Shown here piece by piece: positions 62,203-64,000 of a stretch of DNA of 64,000 nt (positions are counted from its first letter, which is position 1; each line of letters begins with the position of its first letter). Made by a program: the position numbers and the translations under genes. Under the pieces are notes generated by a model. The model saw only the letters and a program-made list of their open reading frames with translations, did not search any database and was not told the DNA's origin. Origin of the DNA: Mesorhizobium sp. (GTDB lineage: Bacteria > Pseudomonadota > Alphaproteobacteria > Rhizobiales > Rhizobiaceae); NCBI GenBank assembly GCA_040510195.1, contig JBEVJK010000053.1:1289-65288 (forward strand), in the 5' to 3' direction.

Positions 62203-63588
62203 GTGCCGTTGTTGAACAGGCGCCGACTGCTGGCAGGGGCGGGAGCCGCTGCATTGGGTTTTACGGTCCCGGGCGGGGAGAGCTCGGCCGCCGATCGTGC
62301 TGCGCAAACGTATGGAGTCCGCGGCATGATCGATGCGGCCGAGCTCGGCGCCCTGCCGGATGTGCCGGCCGACCAGAGCCGGACGTTTGCGGCGATGTTC
62401 GCCGAGGCGGAGCGCCGGAGCGCGCCGCTGTTCCTGCCTGCGGGGACCTATGTCGTGTCGAACCTCGCGCTGCCGCGGCGGCTGCATTGGATCGGCGTGC
62501 CGGGCGCGACGCGCATCGTCTATGGCGGCGACGGGCATCTGCTCCTTGCCGACGGCGCCGAGCGCCTGGAGATCTCAGGCATCGCCTTCGACGGGGCGCA
62601 GCGCTGGCTGTCCGACCAGGTGGACGGTCTTCTGGAATTTCGTCGCGTCGCCCATCTGGCGATCGACGCATGCGAGATAGTGGGCAGCGGCAAGCATGGC
62701 TTGTCGCTGAAGTGGGTGGCCGGCCGCGTCGAGCGATCTGAGATCGCCGGCGCGGCCGATGCCGGGCTCTATTCCCTCGACGCCGCAGGGCGATTGCAGA
62801 TCAACGGCAACGCGGTGACGGGCTGCGGCAATGGCGGCATCCTCGTGCACCGCAGCGCTCCGGAAGAGGACGGCACGCTGGTGGTCGGCAACCGCGTCTC
62901 GCAGATCGCCGCCCGGGCCGGCGGCACCGGGCAGAACGGCAACGGCATCAACGTCTTCCGCGCCAACGCCGTGACCGTCGCTTCGAATCAAGTGAGCGAC
63001 TGCGCCTTCTCGGCGATCCGCGCCAACGGCGCCTCGAACCTGCAGATCGGCACCAACACCTGCCTGCGCTCGGGTGAAACGGCGATCTACGCCGAGTTCG
63101 CGTTCGAAGGGGCGGTCATCAACGCCAACATCGTGGACGGCGCCGCCAACGGCATCTCGATCGTCAATTTCGACCATGGCGGGCGGATGGGCGTGTGCTC
63201 GTCCAACATCGTGCGCAACCTGTCGACCGAGGGCCCCTACCGGCCCGATCCGCCGGGGTTCGGCATCGGCATCGCTGTCGAAGCCGACTGCGCGGTGACC
63301 GGCAACGTCGTCGAAAGCGCGCCGAACATCGGCATCAACATCGGCTGGGGCGAATTCATGCGCAACGTGGTGGCGACGGGCAACGTCGTCCGCCGCTGCG
63401 GCACCGGCATCGGCGTGTCGGTGGTGGAAGGCACGGGCGCGGCGGTCATCGCCGACAACATCATCGAGGGCGCGGTCAACGGCGCCATCGTGGGCCATCG
63501 CTGGGCGGAGCCCGCGACGGGCGACCTCGCCCAGGGCTCAGGCGGCAGGCCCGCCAACATTACCGTCGAACGGAATCGGGTGGGCTGA
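62203..63588 (+). CDS. Tat-exported right-handed parallel beta-helix repeat protein (TIGR03808-like), unknown function
   Basis: Twin-arginine signal (LNRRRLLAGAGAAALGF) and repeated G-N-x-V/I beta-helix turns. Start is GTG 62203 or TTG 62209/62212; the track ORF starts at 61738. Confidence 0.75.
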   Translation: MPLLNRRRLLAGAGAAALGFTVPGGESSAADRAAQTYGVRGMIDAAELGALPDVPADQSRTFAAMFAEAERRSAPLFLPAGTYVVSNLALPRRLHWIGVPGATRIVYGGDGHLLLADGAERLEISGIAFDGAQRWLSDQVDGLLEFRRVAHLAIDACEIVGSGKHGLSLKWVAGRVERSEIAGAADAGLYSLDAAGRLQINGNAVTGCGNGGILVHRSAPEEDGTLVVGNRVSQIAARAGGTGQNGNGINVFRANAVTVASNQVSDCAFSAIRANGASNLQIGTNTCLRSGETAIYAEFAFEGAVINANIVDGAANGISIVNFDHGGRMGVCSSNIVRNLSTEGPYRPDPPGFGIGIAVEADCAVTGNVVESAPNIGINIGWGEFMRNVVATGNVVRRCGTGIGVSVVEGTGAAVIADNIIEGAVNGAIVGHRWAEPATGDLAQGSGGRPANITVERNRVG

Positions 63589-64000
63589 TTCGACGGAGGC
63601 GGCCGGCGCGCTGAAGAGAAGTGCGCCGGCCGGTCTTATCCTTCCCACGATCTCGCCCTTGCGGCTCGGGACGGGCGGCCGCGCCAGCGCATCGAGGCGC
63701 GCGGCAAGTGTGGGGTCGCCGGCGAACAGGCGGGAAAGCACCGCGGCGACCGCCGTCTCGGCGGCGCGGCCGGCGCCGTCGTCGCATTTCAGCGCGACGC
63801 CTAAGCCCAGCTCGGACACCGCGGCGCAGTAGACGCCCTCGGCGCCGACCTTGGCGAAGATGCGGCCGGGCGCCGCCTCCATCAGCCTGGTGCATGCCGC
63901 ACCGGTTCCGGCGACCAGCCACGGCTCGGCCATGCAGGCCGAAAGCAGGCGGCGCGCCGCGGCGGCGCGGGCCGGAGGCAGGCCGACGCCCGTCGCCATG
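63538..64000 (-). CDS. asparaginase-family (L-asparaginase II-like) protein, C-terminal part; 5' end beyond the right edge
   Basis: KVGAEGVYCAAVSELGLGVALKCDDGAGRAAETAVAAVL resembles this family from memory. The frame is open to the window edge. Confidence 0.5.
   Translation of the reverse strand, partial: MATGVGLPPARAAAARRLLSACMAEPWLVAGTGAACTRLMEAAPGRIFAKVGAEGVYCAAVSELGLGVALKCDDGAGRAAETAVAAVLSRLFAGDPTLAARLDALARPPVPSRKGEIVGRIRPAGALLFSAPAASVESAHPIPFDGNVGGPAA

Overview
High-GC alphaproteobacterial chromosome segment. It looks Rhizobiales-like from gene content and synteny (btaAB near the dcw cluster, azlCD, a TIGR03808-type protein, CtrA/GANTC-type motifs). The core is a complete dcw cell-division and cell-wall cluster on the minus strand: mraZ-rsmH-ftsL-ftsI-murE-murF-mraY-murD-ftsW-murG-murC-murB, a 265-bp gap, then ddl-ftsQ-ftsA-ftsZ (44301 down to 25449). 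It continues into lpxC-bamD-recN-ligA.

The left flank (1-19.3 kb) is housekeeping or accessory metabolism: a partial AsmA-like gene, FAD oxidase, thioesterase, Lrp/EamA pair, dienelactone hydrolase, L,D-transpeptidase plus OmpA-like lipoprotein, uvrD, SDR, XAT acetyltransferase, creA, SCO, prmA, aminopeptidase P and azlCD.

The right flank (44.3-64 kb) holds:
- RNase P RNA (rnpB, minus strand, under several spurious track ORFs)
- a djlA/amidase/SLT wall-hydrolase operon
- a wHTH regulator divergent from a fused 5-oxoprolinase
- a visibly lower-GC islet with a GT-B-like gene and a frameshifted O-antigen-ligase-like gene
- btaAB (betaine-lipid DGTS synthesis) behind a textbook Pho box
- a serine-hydrolase/GH25/MltB group
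- an AbrB-Doc toxin-antitoxin pair
- a GreA-like gene, a Tat-exported beta-helix repeat protein and a partial asparaginase-family gene

I found no tRNA, rRNA, CRISPR array, transposase or integrase. I do not see a convincing new multi-gene system; this is mostly core genome. The best leads are regulatory DNA and small genes that the ORF track does not explain:
- 10-bp-phased TGGG repeats over a candidate mraZ promoter
- five GANTC sites in the murB-ddl gap
- a perfect TTAA-N7-TTAAC box before an orphan small gene
- four 11-bp tandem repeats in the wHTH/oxoprolinase divergent region
- a 58-codon lipoprotein gene below the track cutoff
- the O-antigen-ligase frameshift

Many long track ORFs are antisense or read-through artefacts typical of high-GC DNA. 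Several starts were trimmed to conserved N-termini, ribosome-binding sites or ATGA-type couplings.
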